Part shown: positions 47,143-57,467 of the stretch, piece after piece | Layout: every line of letters begins with the position of its first letter | Position numbering within the stretch: the stretch's first letter is position 1 | NCBI GenBank assembly: GCA_025363555.1 | Contig: JANYDQ010000157.1 | Coordinates: forward strand, 2,247-66,246 | Length of the DNA: 64,000 bases | Reading direction: 5' to 3' | Source: Bacteroidota bacterium | GTDB taxonomy: Bacteria; Bacteroidota; Bacteroidia; 2-12-FULL-35-15 | Program-made: the position numbers and the translations under genes | The notes under the pieces: model-generated | What the model was told of the DNA's origin: nothing | What the model saw: the letters and a program-made list of their open reading frames with translations, nothing else | The model's database searches: none

Positions 47143-48414
47143 TTGGAAAGAAAACAAAGCAATAATATTTTTAGTGATGTAGATTGGGTAACCGTATTGC
47201 TATACCTTCTATTGATAACAATGGGCTGGTTAAATATTTATTCGGCAGTGTATAACGAGGACCACCATGTAATTACCGATATGACGCAAAAATATGGTAA
47301 ACAAATGCTCTGGATAGGCACTTCGTTATTAATTGCTTTAATTATTTTAATTATTGATGAGAAATTTTACACTGCATTTGCTTATCTGATATACGGAATT
47401 TTTCTTATTGCCTGCATCGCTGTTCCTTTTCTGGGAAGGGAAGTAAAAGGAAGTCGCTCTTGGTTCAGGTTTGGCGATTTCGGAATCCAACCTGCAGAGT
47501 TTATGAAGTTCGCTGCTAATTTAGCCATTGCAAAATTTTTAAGTAACCAACATATTAAAATTGCTGATTACAGGAATACAATTATCACACTTATGATTAT
47601 AGGCGTTCCGCTCCTAGTCATAAAAATACTACAGGACGAAACAGGATTAGCCATTGTCTTCGTTGCTTTTATTTTTACATTATACAGGGAAGGGCTATCT
47701 GTAAACTATTTGTTATTGGGTTTTTTGGCAATCGTTTTATTTATTTTAGCATTACTGGTGAACAATATTTATTTATTTTTAATCATCCTTTCATTATGTG
47801 TTGTCGCTACTTTATTTATCAGACGCACCCGTAAAAATTTATTTGCTATTGCTTTAGTAGGGTTGATTGCATGCGGAATGGTAAAAGGAACAAGCACTGT
47901 GTACGAACACATGGAAGCCCATCAAAAAATACGTATTGACGTATTACTGGGGAGAGGAACTGTCAATTTAAAAAAAGAAGGGTATAATGTAAATCAGGCA
48001 AAAATTGCAATTGGTTCAGGGGGTTTTGCAGGTAAGGGTTATTTAAACGGAACACAAACCAAATATGATTTTGTTCCGGAACAGGATACTGATTTCATTT
48101 TTTGTACTGTGGGTGAAGAGTGGGGATTTATAGGTAGCTCGGTTGTAATCCTTTTGGAACTTGCTTTAATTTTAAAAGTAATATTTATGGGAGAACGACA
48201 ACGTTCTGCATTCAGCCGTATTTATGGATATGGAGTAGCTTCTGTTTTGTTTTTCCATTTAACAGTAAATGTTGGTATGACAATCGGGTTAGCTCCTGTT
48301 ATTGGTATTCCCTTACCATTCTTTAGTTATGGCGGTTCTTCACTTTGGTCGTTTACTATTTTACTATTCATCTTTATTAAACTCGATTCGCACCGTTTGT
48401 CAATATTGAGATAG
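47143..48414 (+). CDS. rodA: Rod shape-determining protein RodA (SEDS family)
   Basis: FtsW/RodA/SpoVE family polytopic membrane protein, following mrdA. Confidence 0.9.
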   Translation: MERKQSNNIFSDVDWVTVLLYLLLITMGWLNIYSAVYNEDHHVITDMTQKYGKQMLWIGTSLLIALIILIIDEKFYTAFAYLIYGIFLIACIAVPFLGREVKGSRSWFRFGDFGIQPAEFMKFAANLAIAKFLSNQHIKIADYRNTIITLMIIGVPLLVIKILQDETGLAIVFVAFIFTLYREGLSVNYLLLGFLAIVLFILALLVNNIYLFLIILSLCVVATLFIRRTRKNLFAIALVGLIACGMVKGTSTVYEHMEAHQKIRIDVLLGRGTVNLKKEGYNVNQAKIAIGSGGFAGKGYLNGTQTKYDFVPEQDTDFIFCTVGEEWGFIGSSVVILLELALILKVIFMGERQRSAFSRIYGYGVASVLFFHLTVNVGMTIGLAPVIGIPLPFFSYGGSSLWSFTILLFIFIKLDSHRLSILR

Positions 48415-48452
48415 ATTATGTTAATCATGAGTAATTCAATAAATCAATATCT

Positions 48453-50072
48453 TTGACTTCAATGAAAACCTATCATTTATATTTATTATCTATACTAAGT
48501 GGTTTATTGCTTGCTTATGGGTGGTTCCCCGATGGCATGGCTCCGTTGCTTTTTTTCGCCTTTGTTCCATTACTTATTGTTGAACAAACTTTATTTAACC
48601 AGGAGATTAAATATAAATCGCTCACTCTTTTTGGTTGCAGTTTCCTTGCCTTTTTCATTTGGAATGTTATTACTACTTATTGGGTAAAAAATGCCTCATT
48701 GGGGGGAGGTGTAATGGCAATGGGTGCAAATACTTTATTAATGACTTTTGTCTTTATGTTATTTCATAAAGTAAAAAAACGTGTTGGACAAAAATGGGGA
48801 AGTGTTATTTTTATTTGTTTCTGGATAACGTTCGAATTCATGCACCTTCGCTGGGATTTATCATGGCCCTGGCTTACTCTCGGAAATGGATTTGCAAATA
48901 ACAATAGTTGGATTCAATGGTATGAATATACGGGAGTATTTGGTGGGAGTATATGGATACTTCTTACAAATTGTTTAATCTCATCTTTCTTTACAAGTCA
49001 GGAATCGGGAAAAAGAAACAGAACAATCATTTCTATTATTTCTCTTCTTGTTCTTCCAATTATTATTTCATTACTAATAAAAGTAAAATATGAAAGTGCT
49101 GATTTATTAACTGATAAAAATGCGTACCAAAAAGTGGTGGCAGTACAGCCTAATATTGATCCGTATAATGAAAAGTTTACTGGTTCCTACACCGACCAAT
49201 TATATACAATGCTTCGATTAGCTGAAGAAAAAACAGATTCTACAACTGATTATTTATTATTTCCGGAAACAGCTTTACAGGAAAATATATGGGAAGATAA
49301 ATTATCCCAAAGCCAAAGTTTAAGTGTACTAAAACAATTTTTAAAACAGTTTCCTAAACTTAAAATTATTATAGGAGCTGCTACAGCCAAATTGTATAAA
49401 CAAGGCGAAACGCCTTCAATCACTGCACGTAAATATATTGATAAGGTTTCTTATTATGATGATTTTAATACCGCATTCCAGTTGGATAGCAGTAAACGAA
49501 TTCAAATTTATCATAAATCTAAGTTGGTGCCTGGCGTAGAGAAAATGCCATTTCCATTCCTGTTTAAGTACGTTGAAAACTTTGCAATTGAATTAGGAGG
49601 AACAGCAGGAAGTTTAGGTGTTCAGGATGAACGAACCGTTTTTACTTCTCCTGATAATTCTTCGAAAACAGCACCTGTAGTTTGTTATGAAAGTATATAT
49701 GGAGAATATGTTGGTGAGTACATTACCAATGGTGCTCAATTTATTTCCATCATTACCAATGACGGTTGGTGGGGCGATACTCCTGGCTATAAGCAACATT
49801 TAAAATACGGAGCATTGCGGGCAATTGAAACCAGGAGATGGATTGCAAGGTCGGCTAATACGGGTATTTCCTGTTTTATAAATCCATTAGGGGAAATTCA
49901 GCAACCGACAGATTGGTGGGTACCGGCAGTAATTTCCGGGAAAATTCAATTGAAAAGTGAAATTACTTTTTATTCACGTTTTGGAGATTACATTGCCCGT
50001 GCGGCAATGTATATTTCTTTATTATTGGTTATTTATTCGTGGCTGATACGCTTTAGAATAGTTAAAAAATAA
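48453..50072 (+). CDS. lnt: Apolipoprotein N-acyltransferase
   Basis: Multi-TM N-terminal region plus a C-terminal carbon-nitrogen hydrolase domain. 539 aa. Confidence 0.85.
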   Translation: MTSMKTYHLYLLSILSGLLLAYGWFPDGMAPLLFFAFVPLLIVEQTLFNQEIKYKSLTLFGCSFLAFFIWNVITTYWVKNASLGGGVMAMGANTLLMTFVFMLFHKVKKRVGQKWGSVIFICFWITFEFMHLRWDLSWPWLTLGNGFANNNSWIQWYEYTGVFGGSIWILLTNCLISSFFTSQESGKRNRTIISIISLLVLPIIISLLIKVKYESADLLTDKNAYQKVVAVQPNIDPYNEKFTGSYTDQLYTMLRLAEEKTDSTTDYLLFPETALQENIWEDKLSQSQSLSVLKQFLKQFPKLKIIIGAATAKLYKQGETPSITARKYIDKVSYYDDFNTAFQLDSSKRIQIYHKSKLVPGVEKMPFPFLFKYVENFAIELGGTAGSLGVQDERTVFTSPDNSSKTAPVVCYESIYGEYVGEYITNGAQFISIITNDGWWGDTPGYKQHLKYGALRAIETRRWIARSANTGISCFINPLGEIQQPTDWWVPAVISGKIQLKSEITFYSRFGDYIARAAMYISLLLVIYSWLIRFRIVKK

Positions 50073-50109
50073 GTAGTTTTGCAATCATTGAAATCTTAAA
50101 TCTATTATT

Positions 50110-51513
50110 ATGGAAAAATTTGATGTTACCATTATTGGTTCCGGTCCTGGCGGATATGTTGCTGCCATTCGCTGTGCACAGTTAGGAATGAAAACCGCTA
50201 TCATTGAGCGTTACAATACTCTTGGCGGAACGTGCTTAAATGTGGGATGTATTCCTTCAAAAGCATTGCTCGATTCCTCAGAACATTTTCATAATGCTAC
50301 TCATGCTTTTACAGAGCATGGCATTGATGTGAAGGATGTGAAAGTAAATTTGAAACAAATGATTAAACGTAAAAGTGATGTAGTGAAACAAACATGCGAT
50401 GGTATTAATTTCCTTATGAAGAAAAATAAAATCACTGTTTACAACGGGCATGGTTCATTTGTAAATGCAACTACTATTGAGATTGCAGGAAGTGATGGAA
50501 AGAAAACACAAATTGAATCTTCCAAAATAATTATTGCTACCGGTTCAAAACCTTCTTCCTTACCCGGAATTTCAATTGATAAAAAAAGAATAATTACTTC
50601 TACCGAAGCATTGGAATTGACTGAAGTTCCCAAGCATATGATAATAATTGGCGGAGGAGTAATTGGTTTGGAATTAGGGTCTGTATATGCTCGTTTGGGT
50701 GCAAAGATATCTGTAGTGGAATTTACGGGAGGAATAATAAGTACAATGGATGGCTCATTAGGAAAGGAATTGCAGAAATGTTTGAAGAAACTTGGATTCG
50801 AATTTTATTTCAATCATAAAGTAACCGGTGCAACAGCTAAAGGAAAAGAAGTTACCGTAACTGCTGAAAATGATAAAGGAGAAAAGGTTGAATTCAAAGG
50901 AGATTATTGTTTGGTTTCGGTTGGAAGAAAACCATACACCGATAATTTAGGTCTGGACAAAGCAGGGGTAAAGCTTGATAACAGGGGACGAATAGAAACT
51001 AACGAACATTTACAAACTAATATTTCTAATATTTATGCAATAGGTGATGTGGTGAAAGGAGCTATGTTAGCTCATAAAGCAGAGGAAGAAGGAGTATTTG
51101 TTGCCGAAACGATGATGGGGCAAAAACCACATATTAATTATAATTTAATTCCGGGGGTGGTTTATACATGGCCCGAAGTAGCTGCTGTTGGCTTCACCGA
51201 AGAACAATTAAAAGAACAGGAGAAAAAATACAGAGTTGGAAACTTCCCTTTCAAAGCAAGTGGTCGTGCGCGTGCTTCCATGGATACGGATGGATTTGTA
51301 AAAGTATTGGCTGATGAAACTACAGATGAAATTCTTGGTGTACACATGATTGGACCCCGGGCTGCGGATATGATTGCAGAAGCAGTTGTTGCTATGGAAT
51401 ACCGCGCAAGTGCAGAAGACATTTCGCGAATTAGTCATGCTCACCCTACATTTACAGAAGCTATGAAAGAAGCTTGCCTGGATGCAACAGGTAAGAGAGC
51501 GTTGCATATATAA
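50110..51513 (+). CDS. lpdA: Dihydrolipoyl dehydrogenase
   Basis: 'GSGPGGY', redox-active 'GGTCLNVGCIPSK' and a C-terminal dimerisation domain. Confidence 0.9.
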   Translation: MEKFDVTIIGSGPGGYVAAIRCAQLGMKTAIIERYNTLGGTCLNVGCIPSKALLDSSEHFHNATHAFTEHGIDVKDVKVNLKQMIKRKSDVVKQTCDGINFLMKKNKITVYNGHGSFVNATTIEIAGSDGKKTQIESSKIIIATGSKPSSLPGISIDKKRIITSTEALELTEVPKHMIIIGGGVIGLELGSVYARLGAKISVVEFTGGIISTMDGSLGKELQKCLKKLGFEFYFNHKVTGATAKGKEVTVTAENDKGEKVEFKGDYCLVSVGRKPYTDNLGLDKAGVKLDNRGRIETNEHLQTNISNIYAIGDVVKGAMLAHKAEEEGVFVAETMMGQKPHINYNLIPGVVYTWPEVAAVGFTEEQLKEQEKKYRVGNFPFKASGRARASMDTDGFVKVLADETTDEILGVHMIGPRAADMIAEAVVAMEYRASAEDISRISHAHPTFTEAMKEACLDATGKRALHI

Positions 51514-51603
51514 TTGTCGAATTAGAAAAATAGAAGAGGAAGGAATTAAAATTTTATTACTCCCGAATTTTCCATTTACTAAATCACTAAATCATTAATT
51601 TTT

Positions 51604-52620
51604 ATGAAAACAGGCGTACTGCTTATCAATCTAGGAACTCCGGATAGTCCGAAGACTTCGGATGTAAGAAAATATTTAACACAATTTCTGAACGACAAAC
51701 GAGTGATTGACATACATCCTGTTGCCCGTTTTATTCTAGTAAATGGCGTTATCGTTCCATTTCGTTCTTCTAAATCCGCCAAACTGTATCAGCATATCTG
51801 GACAAAAGAAGGCTCTCCTCTTTTAATCAACAGCACTAAAATGAAAACCCTTTTGCAAAAAGAATTAGGAGACTCTTGTGTAGTTGAATTAGGTATGCGC
51901 TATCAAAGCCCAAGTCTTGAATCTGCGTTAGATAAATTGCGAATGGTTCAAGTGGATAAAATAATTATTATTCCTTTGTATCCGCAATATGCTTCCTCCA
52001 GCACGGGTTCGTCCATAGAAGAAGCCATAAGAGTAATTCAGAAATGGGAAATTATTCCGTCGGTAAAAATCATTTCCAGGTTTTATGATAACCCTGATTT
52101 TATTGCTGCCTGTAAATCGGTTGCAAAAAAATTTGTTATTGAGGATTACGACTATGTTATTTTTTCTTATCACGGTTTGCCGGTAAGGCATATTATTAAA
52201 GGTTCGGTACATTATGGCGCCAATACCTGCACAATGGGCAGTTGTTGTGATTCAATAAATAATAACAATAAGTATTGTTATCGTGCCAATTGTTTTGAAA
52301 CCAGTCGCCAACTGGTAAAGCAATTACAAATCCCCGAAGGGAAATATGAAACCACTTTTCAATCCCGGCTGGACGATAAGTGGATAAAGCCATACAGCGA
52401 TAAAGTAATTGAAAAAAAAGCAAAGGAAGGGATAAAGAAAATACTTATTTTTTCTCCTGCATTTGTTGCGGACTGTTTAGAAACTCTTTATGAAATAGGA
52501 ACTGAATACAATGAGTTATTTAAAAAACACGGAGGAGAAAAAATTCAGCTGGTAGAAAGTTTAAATGATAATTCTGAATGGATAGAGGCTTTAAAGAAAA
52601 TGGTTTTATCCCATTCATAG
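51604..52620 (+). CDS. hemH: Ferrochelatase
   Basis: 'LLINLGTPDSP' N-terminus and the ferrochelatase fold. 338 aa. Confidence 0.9.
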   Translation: MKTGVLLINLGTPDSPKTSDVRKYLTQFLNDKRVIDIHPVARFILVNGVIVPFRSSKSAKLYQHIWTKEGSPLLINSTKMKTLLQKELGDSCVVELGMRYQSPSLESALDKLRMVQVDKIIIIPLYPQYASSSTGSSIEEAIRVIQKWEIIPSVKIISRFYDNPDFIAACKSVAKKFVIEDYDYVIFSYHGLPVRHIIKGSVHYGANTCTMGSCCDSINNNNKYCYRANCFETSRQLVKQLQIPEGKYETTFQSRLDDKWIKPYSDKVIEKKAKEGIKKILIFSPAFVADCLETLYEIGTEYNELFKKHGGEKIQLVESLNDNSEWIEALKKMVLSHS

Positions 52621-52622
52621 TT

Positions 52623-54893
52623 TTATTGCTTCACTAATTTCACACTATAGATTTTTGCATTTGTTGCCATCCTTATAAAATATAACCCATTGGAAAACTT
52701 ACTTAAATTAATTGTGTGTTTTCTTTTTCCCCTCACATTTTCTATGCGTTCGCTATACACCAGTTTTCCCTGGGCATCCAGTATTTTTAATAACGAAGGC
52801 GCATCATCATAAACCTGATAAAAAATATCTGTGGAATTGTTTGCAGGATTGGGAACCACACTGAATGCATTACTTTCATCAGCAATTGTAACAGGCACCA
52901 CATTCGAATATTGAAACATTCCGTTAAAATCTGTTTGCTTTAAGCGGTAATAATAAGTACCTGTTTTTACATTTGCATCATTTAAAAAATAGGAAAGCAG
53001 AGTAGTACTATTACCTCCAGGCGCGCTGCTTGGAACCAACCCAATCAAGGAATAATTTATTCCATCAGTAGTTCGTTCAATCGTAAAATAATTATTATTG
53101 GTTTCCGTTGCTGTGCTCCATTTTGTATCCACCGATTTACCATTATACAAAGCATCGAAATTTAATAACTCAATTGGCAGCGGGCAGTCAGCAATGGTAA
53201 AAGTAAAAGTAGCCGTTTGAGCAACTCCGCAGGCATCAGTAACTGTACTGGTATAACTATAAGTTCCGTTCGAACTTTGGTTTACAGTCAGGGTATTGGT
53301 GGTAGCACTTCCGGGAGACCAGAAATAAGTGTATGCAGGAACTCCATACAATGCAGCAGGGTTTAGCGTACTGTTGATGCTGCAACTTCCTGTTATGGAG
53401 GAGGAGCCACTGCCCGAACTATTTCCGAGTACCTCCAAAGTATGGCCCTGAACACTTACTGTCCATGTGCTGTTGGTAATAAAAAAATTAGTGGTTGAAC
53501 AGGCAGCAGAGCCATACCCGCAATCAATTGTTTTAATTTGAAATGGAACTACAGTGGCTGCACAGCTCGGATTTAAACAGGTTACCAACCACGGGGCATT
53601 GAACCCTGAACCGATACAGTCTCCCGAAGTATTGACATTACAGGAATACCAGTTGTCCATACTTACGGGGTCCTCTCCGCACGGACCCACCATTCTGAAT
53701 CCACCAAATCTTCTTTGCCTTCCTGCGTTTGCGTGATAACTTGCCCCCCAGATAGCATTGGTTGCGGTGCATTGTCCAGGTAAGGTTACATTTAAAGCAC
53801 CACCCACACAAGGTGTAGTGGAACTGCCACAAAATCCGTCCCCTGCTGTATAGGCGGTAAACCCTATATTTCCTGCATTCCAGGTTGCATTGCCACTCAC
53901 CAGCGGGTCTACGGTAACTGGATAAACTCTTGATGAATCCAGCAGCCAACTTACATCTACAAGGGTTCGAATAGTATATACGTTTCCGTTTTTAATTAAC
54001 TGGTAAGCACCGTCAGAATATTCGGGACTGCTTTGGTTATTATCAAACACCGTTATCGGGTTCCACCTTGCCACCTCTCCGCTAGCCAATTTTACCACCA
54101 CTAACGAACCTCTAAAACATCCTTCTATTCCCGCTGCCCCCACACTATCCTTTATTATGGTGTATTCGTTAGGGAGTGTTACCTCATCGCAAAATGCTAA
54201 CCACCCGCTGAAAGAAGGCAAAGAAGGACGTCTAGTTAAAATAAAATTTGTTTCAATAGAATTAACATCAAAAAGAATTTCCCTGTCTATTCCATGCCAG
54301 GCATCTGAAGTAAAACTCCCGTTAGTTCCAGCGGAGCTATTTGATAAATTGCTATTTCCAAACAGATGAATAACAGTATTATCTACCAGTTGAGAAACGG
54401 AGGTATGTAAATTAAAAACCAGTTTTAAATCGGGAAGCTCTATAGAAGTGCTTCCGGTATTCATGTTGAGGGTTTTTGGTTCTGCCAAGTTTTTAGTTTC
54501 ATATACTCCCGGCAAGGACGAAGCTTTTAAATCAGGGTTCATTGCTCTCATCCAACCTTTTTCATCTTTATAATTAAGATTTTCATAACCAGCCTGACAG
54601 AAAAATTCTTTTCCGTTCGAGCCATTTTTTACATAATATCGGGACTTCAACGTCCTTTTTTCGAGCAGTTCTATGCAATCCGAGCATGGTGAATCTTCGG
54701 GCAGTATTCCAAAATCAGGATGTTCGCGAAAGGCGGAAGCGGTGAGTTGAATTAATTCAGGGGTAATATTTTTAGTGCCGGGAGCAGAAAAGGAGCTTAC
54801 ATTTCTTGTTACGCCTTTCATTTGACCACCGCCCTGGGAAAAACAAACCAACGAAAAACAATAAAAAACAGCTAACCCGACTGACCTTTTCAT
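52623..54893 (-). CDS. T9SS cargo protein, unknown function
   Basis: Signal peptide MKRSVGLAVFYCFSLVCFSQ. C-terminus 'VVPNPANNSTDIFY...GLYFIRM...KLVKQ'. Convergent with hemH with a 2-bp gap. Confidence 0.7.
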   Translation of the reverse strand: MKRSVGLAVFYCFSLVCFSQGGGQMKGVTRNVSSFSAPGTKNITPELIQLTASAFREHPDFGILPEDSPCSDCIELLEKRTLKSRYYVKNGSNGKEFFCQAGYENLNYKDEKGWMRAMNPDLKASSLPGVYETKNLAEPKTLNMNTGSTSIELPDLKLVFNLHTSVSQLVDNTVIHLFGNSNLSNSSAGTNGSFTSDAWHGIDREILFDVNSIETNFILTRRPSLPSFSGWLAFCDEVTLPNEYTIIKDSVGAAGIEGCFRGSLVVVKLASGEVARWNPITVFDNNQSSPEYSDGAYQLIKNGNVYTIRTLVDVSWLLDSSRVYPVTVDPLVSGNATWNAGNIGFTAYTAGDGFCGSSTTPCVGGALNVTLPGQCTATNAIWGASYHANAGRQRRFGGFRMVGPCGEDPVSMDNWYSCNVNTSGDCIGSGFNAPWLVTCLNPSCAATVVPFQIKTIDCGYGSAACSTTNFFITNSTWTVSVQGHTLEVLGNSSGSGSSSITGSCSINSTLNPAALYGVPAYTYFWSPGSATTNTLTVNQSSNGTYSYTSTVTDACGVAQTATFTFTIADCPLPIELLNFDALYNGKSVDTKWSTATETNNNYFTIERTTDGINYSLIGLVPSSAPGGNSTTLLSYFLNDANVKTGTYYYRLKQTDFNGMFQYSNVVPVTIADESNAFSVVPNPANNSTDIFYQVYDDAPSLLKILDAQGKLVYSERIENVRGKRKHTINLSKFSNGLYFIRMATNAKIYSVKLVKQ

Positions 54894-55163
54894 GTGGTTC
54901 TTTTTTGTTTGTTATTTGTTTTGTTAAATGAAAGAAGCGAACCGTAATCGTTAATTTCAATTTTAGTTTATACAAAGTTAAGAAATATTATTTAATAAAA
55001 ACGGAAGGAAATAAAAGAGAGAACTAAACAGTCAGCAAGGTTTTGCTGTAAAAATGTGCCCTGAATTCACAAATTTACTATCGGAAAGCAAATTTTAAGG
55101 GTTCGCAAATATTTGTATGGTAATTAATTGTAACTTTGTATTGAATTTCAAGTTGATAACAAA

Positions 55164-55970
55164 ATGAAAACATTTTTATTATTCTCACTCCTTTTTTTGT
55201 TTTCCGTGAATGCCGCTTGGGCAGGCACTTTGGTGCTGGAAGGCAAATATCAAAACCAGAATTTATATGTGATAAATGGTGTGATGGACAATGGTGTCGG
55301 CTTTTGTACATATCAAGTTTCTATTAACGGCAGGGTTTCTACAGATGAGGTAAATTCGAGTTCATTTGAAATTGATTTTTCGCAGTTTGATATTAAACCG
55401 GGTTCCCACGTGGTGGTAAAAATAGAGCACAAGGATGATTGTAGTCCTAAAGTGATTAATCCGGAGGTGTTGCAGCCACATGCTACTTTTGAGGTGGTGG
55501 ATATTAATATTGACCGTGTTGGGATTTTAAACTGGACTACTAAGAATGAAATGGGTTCTCTCCCTTATATTGTGGAGCAATATAGGTGGCACAAATGGAT
55601 TGAAATTGGGGAGGTGAACGGAAAAGGGAATATGGGAAAAAATGTGTATTTGTATAAAGCAGTGATGCATTCTGGAGAAAACAAATTTCGTGTTCGGCAG
55701 ATAGGTTATGGTGATGTTTCAAAAAAATCGAGTACGGTTTCTGTTATTTCCAGTATTCCTGAACCTACTTATGTGATGGGTAAAGACACGAGAAACATTA
55801 TTTTTTCGGCTGAAACACTTTATGAGGTGTATGATGCTTACGGAAAAGTGTTGAAGCGGGGATATGGAAAAAATGTGGTTATTTCTAATCTGGTAAGAGG
55901 AAATTATTATTTGTGTTATGATAACGTGATAACGGAATTTAAGAAAAAAAGCAAGCCTTTTTGCGATTAA
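55164..55970 (+). CDS. Secreted hypothetical protein
   Basis: Signal peptide MKTFLLFSLLFLFSVNAAWA. 268 aa, no recognised domain. Confidence 0.5.
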   Translation: MKTFLLFSLLFLFSVNAAWAGTLVLEGKYQNQNLYVINGVMDNGVGFCTYQVSINGRVSTDEVNSSSFEIDFSQFDIKPGSHVVVKIEHKDDCSPKVINPEVLQPHATFEVVDINIDRVGILNWTTKNEMGSLPYIVEQYRWHKWIEIGEVNGKGNMGKNVYLYKAVMHSGENKFRVRQIGYGDVSKKSSTVSVISSIPEPTYVMGKDTRNIIFSAETLYEVYDAYGKVLKRGYGKNVVISNLVRGNYYLCYDNVITEFKKKSKPFCD

Positions 55971-56013
55971 ACTCGGGAAACTAAAATCTAAAGCACTTTA
56001 TAAAAAGGAAATA

Positions 56014-57240
56014 CTACTTAATTCTGCCGGGATAAACTTTGAGGGCATTTTCTAAACAGACCATTGCTTTTTGTAAAGATTCTTTGTTTAAAACATACGC
56101 CAGGCGTACTTCATTTAATCCGGACCCGGGTGTTGAATAAAAGCCGGTAGCGGGAGCTAACATTACTGTTTCCCCATTAAAATCAAAAGATTCTAACAGC
56201 CATTGACAAAATTTATCGGAGTTGTCTATAGGTAAGCGAGCGATGCAGTAAAACGCTCCGCTTGGCTTAGGACAAAATACACCTTCCATTTTATTTAATG
56301 TTTGAATCACAAAATTTCTGCGTTCTACGTATTCTTTTTGGACTTTATCAAAATATTCTTTGGGGGTATCGAGGGCAGCTTCTGCGCCTATTTGCCCGAA
56401 AGTAGGAGGACTTAAGCGCGCCTGTGCAAATTTTAATGCAGTAATCATCACTTCTTTGTTTTTGGAAATTAATGCCCCGATTCGTGCACCACAGGCGCTG
56501 TACCGTTTGGAGATGGAATCTAAAAGAATAATATTGTTATCAATATCTTTCAGGTGCATTACGGAAACATATTCTTTACCGTCATAACAAAACTCACGGT
56601 ATACTTCATCACTCAATAAAAACAAATCATACTTTAAAACGAGTTGTTTCAGCAGTTCCAGTTCCTGGCGCGAATAAAGATAACCGGTGGGATTTCCGGG
56701 ATTACAAATCATAATGCCTTTTGTTTTTGGGGTAATTAATTTTTCGAACTCCTGAATAGGTGGTAATGAAAAACCTGTTTCAATAGTAGATTTCACGGGT
56801 TTAACAATAACATCGGCAGCACACGAAAAACCATTGTAATTAGCATAAAATGGTTCGGGAATAATAATTTCATCACCTGCATTAAAGCATGTCATCATTG
56901 CAATTTCAATTGCTTCGGAACCACCTGTGGTTATCATTATATCTGTCCAGTCAATATTTATGTGAAAGCCATTATAATATTTCGCCAGTTTTTTGCGGTA
57001 TGATTCAATTCCTGCCGAATGAGAATATTCCAATATTTTGATGTTTGAATTTTTTACGGCATCGAGCAAAGTGGAAGGGGTTTCTATATCCGGTTGACCA
57101 ATATTAAGATGGTATATTTTTTTTCCTTCTTTTTTGGCGGTTTCTGCAAAAGGCACCAGTTTGCGTATTGGCGATGCAGGCATTGTTTTTCCTTTGATAG
57201 ATACTAGTGGCATTGTATTTATTTTTTTAAAAGTGTGCAA
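56014..57240 (-). CDS. Class I/II pyridoxal-phosphate-dependent aminotransferase (aspartate/aromatic type)
   Basis: 'SKRYSACGARIG' PLP-lysine region. 408 aa. Confidence 0.85.
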   Translation of the reverse strand: MHTFKKINTMPLVSIKGKTMPASPIRKLVPFAETAKKEGKKIYHLNIGQPDIETPSTLLDAVKNSNIKILEYSHSAGIESYRKKLAKYYNGFHINIDWTDIMITTGGSEAIEIAMMTCFNAGDEIIIPEPFYANYNGFSCAADVIVKPVKSTIETGFSLPPIQEFEKLITPKTKGIMICNPGNPTGYLYSRQELELLKQLVLKYDLFLLSDEVYREFCYDGKEYVSVMHLKDIDNNIILLDSISKRYSACGARIGALISKNKEVMITALKFAQARLSPPTFGQIGAEAALDTPKEYFDKVQKEYVERRNFVIQTLNKMEGVFCPKPSGAFYCIARLPIDNSDKFCQWLLESFDFNGETVMLAPATGFYSTPGSGLNEVRLAYVLNKESLQKAMVCLENALKVYPGRIK

Positions 57241-57467
57241 AGTTAGTATTTAGTGGCGACAGAAGTTTCTTTTAAATAAATAAAAGTTGTAAAACGTCCA
57301 ATGGGACTAGCTATTTATAAAATAATTCCCAATCACTCCTCAAAATCATACAAGGATTAATATACAAAATTATTATAGGGCTTCGTACACCTTTGTTTAT
57401 GAACCCCTTGAATAAATGAACGAATGAACCAAAGGAATGAACCAATTTTATTTCTACATTTGCGTCC

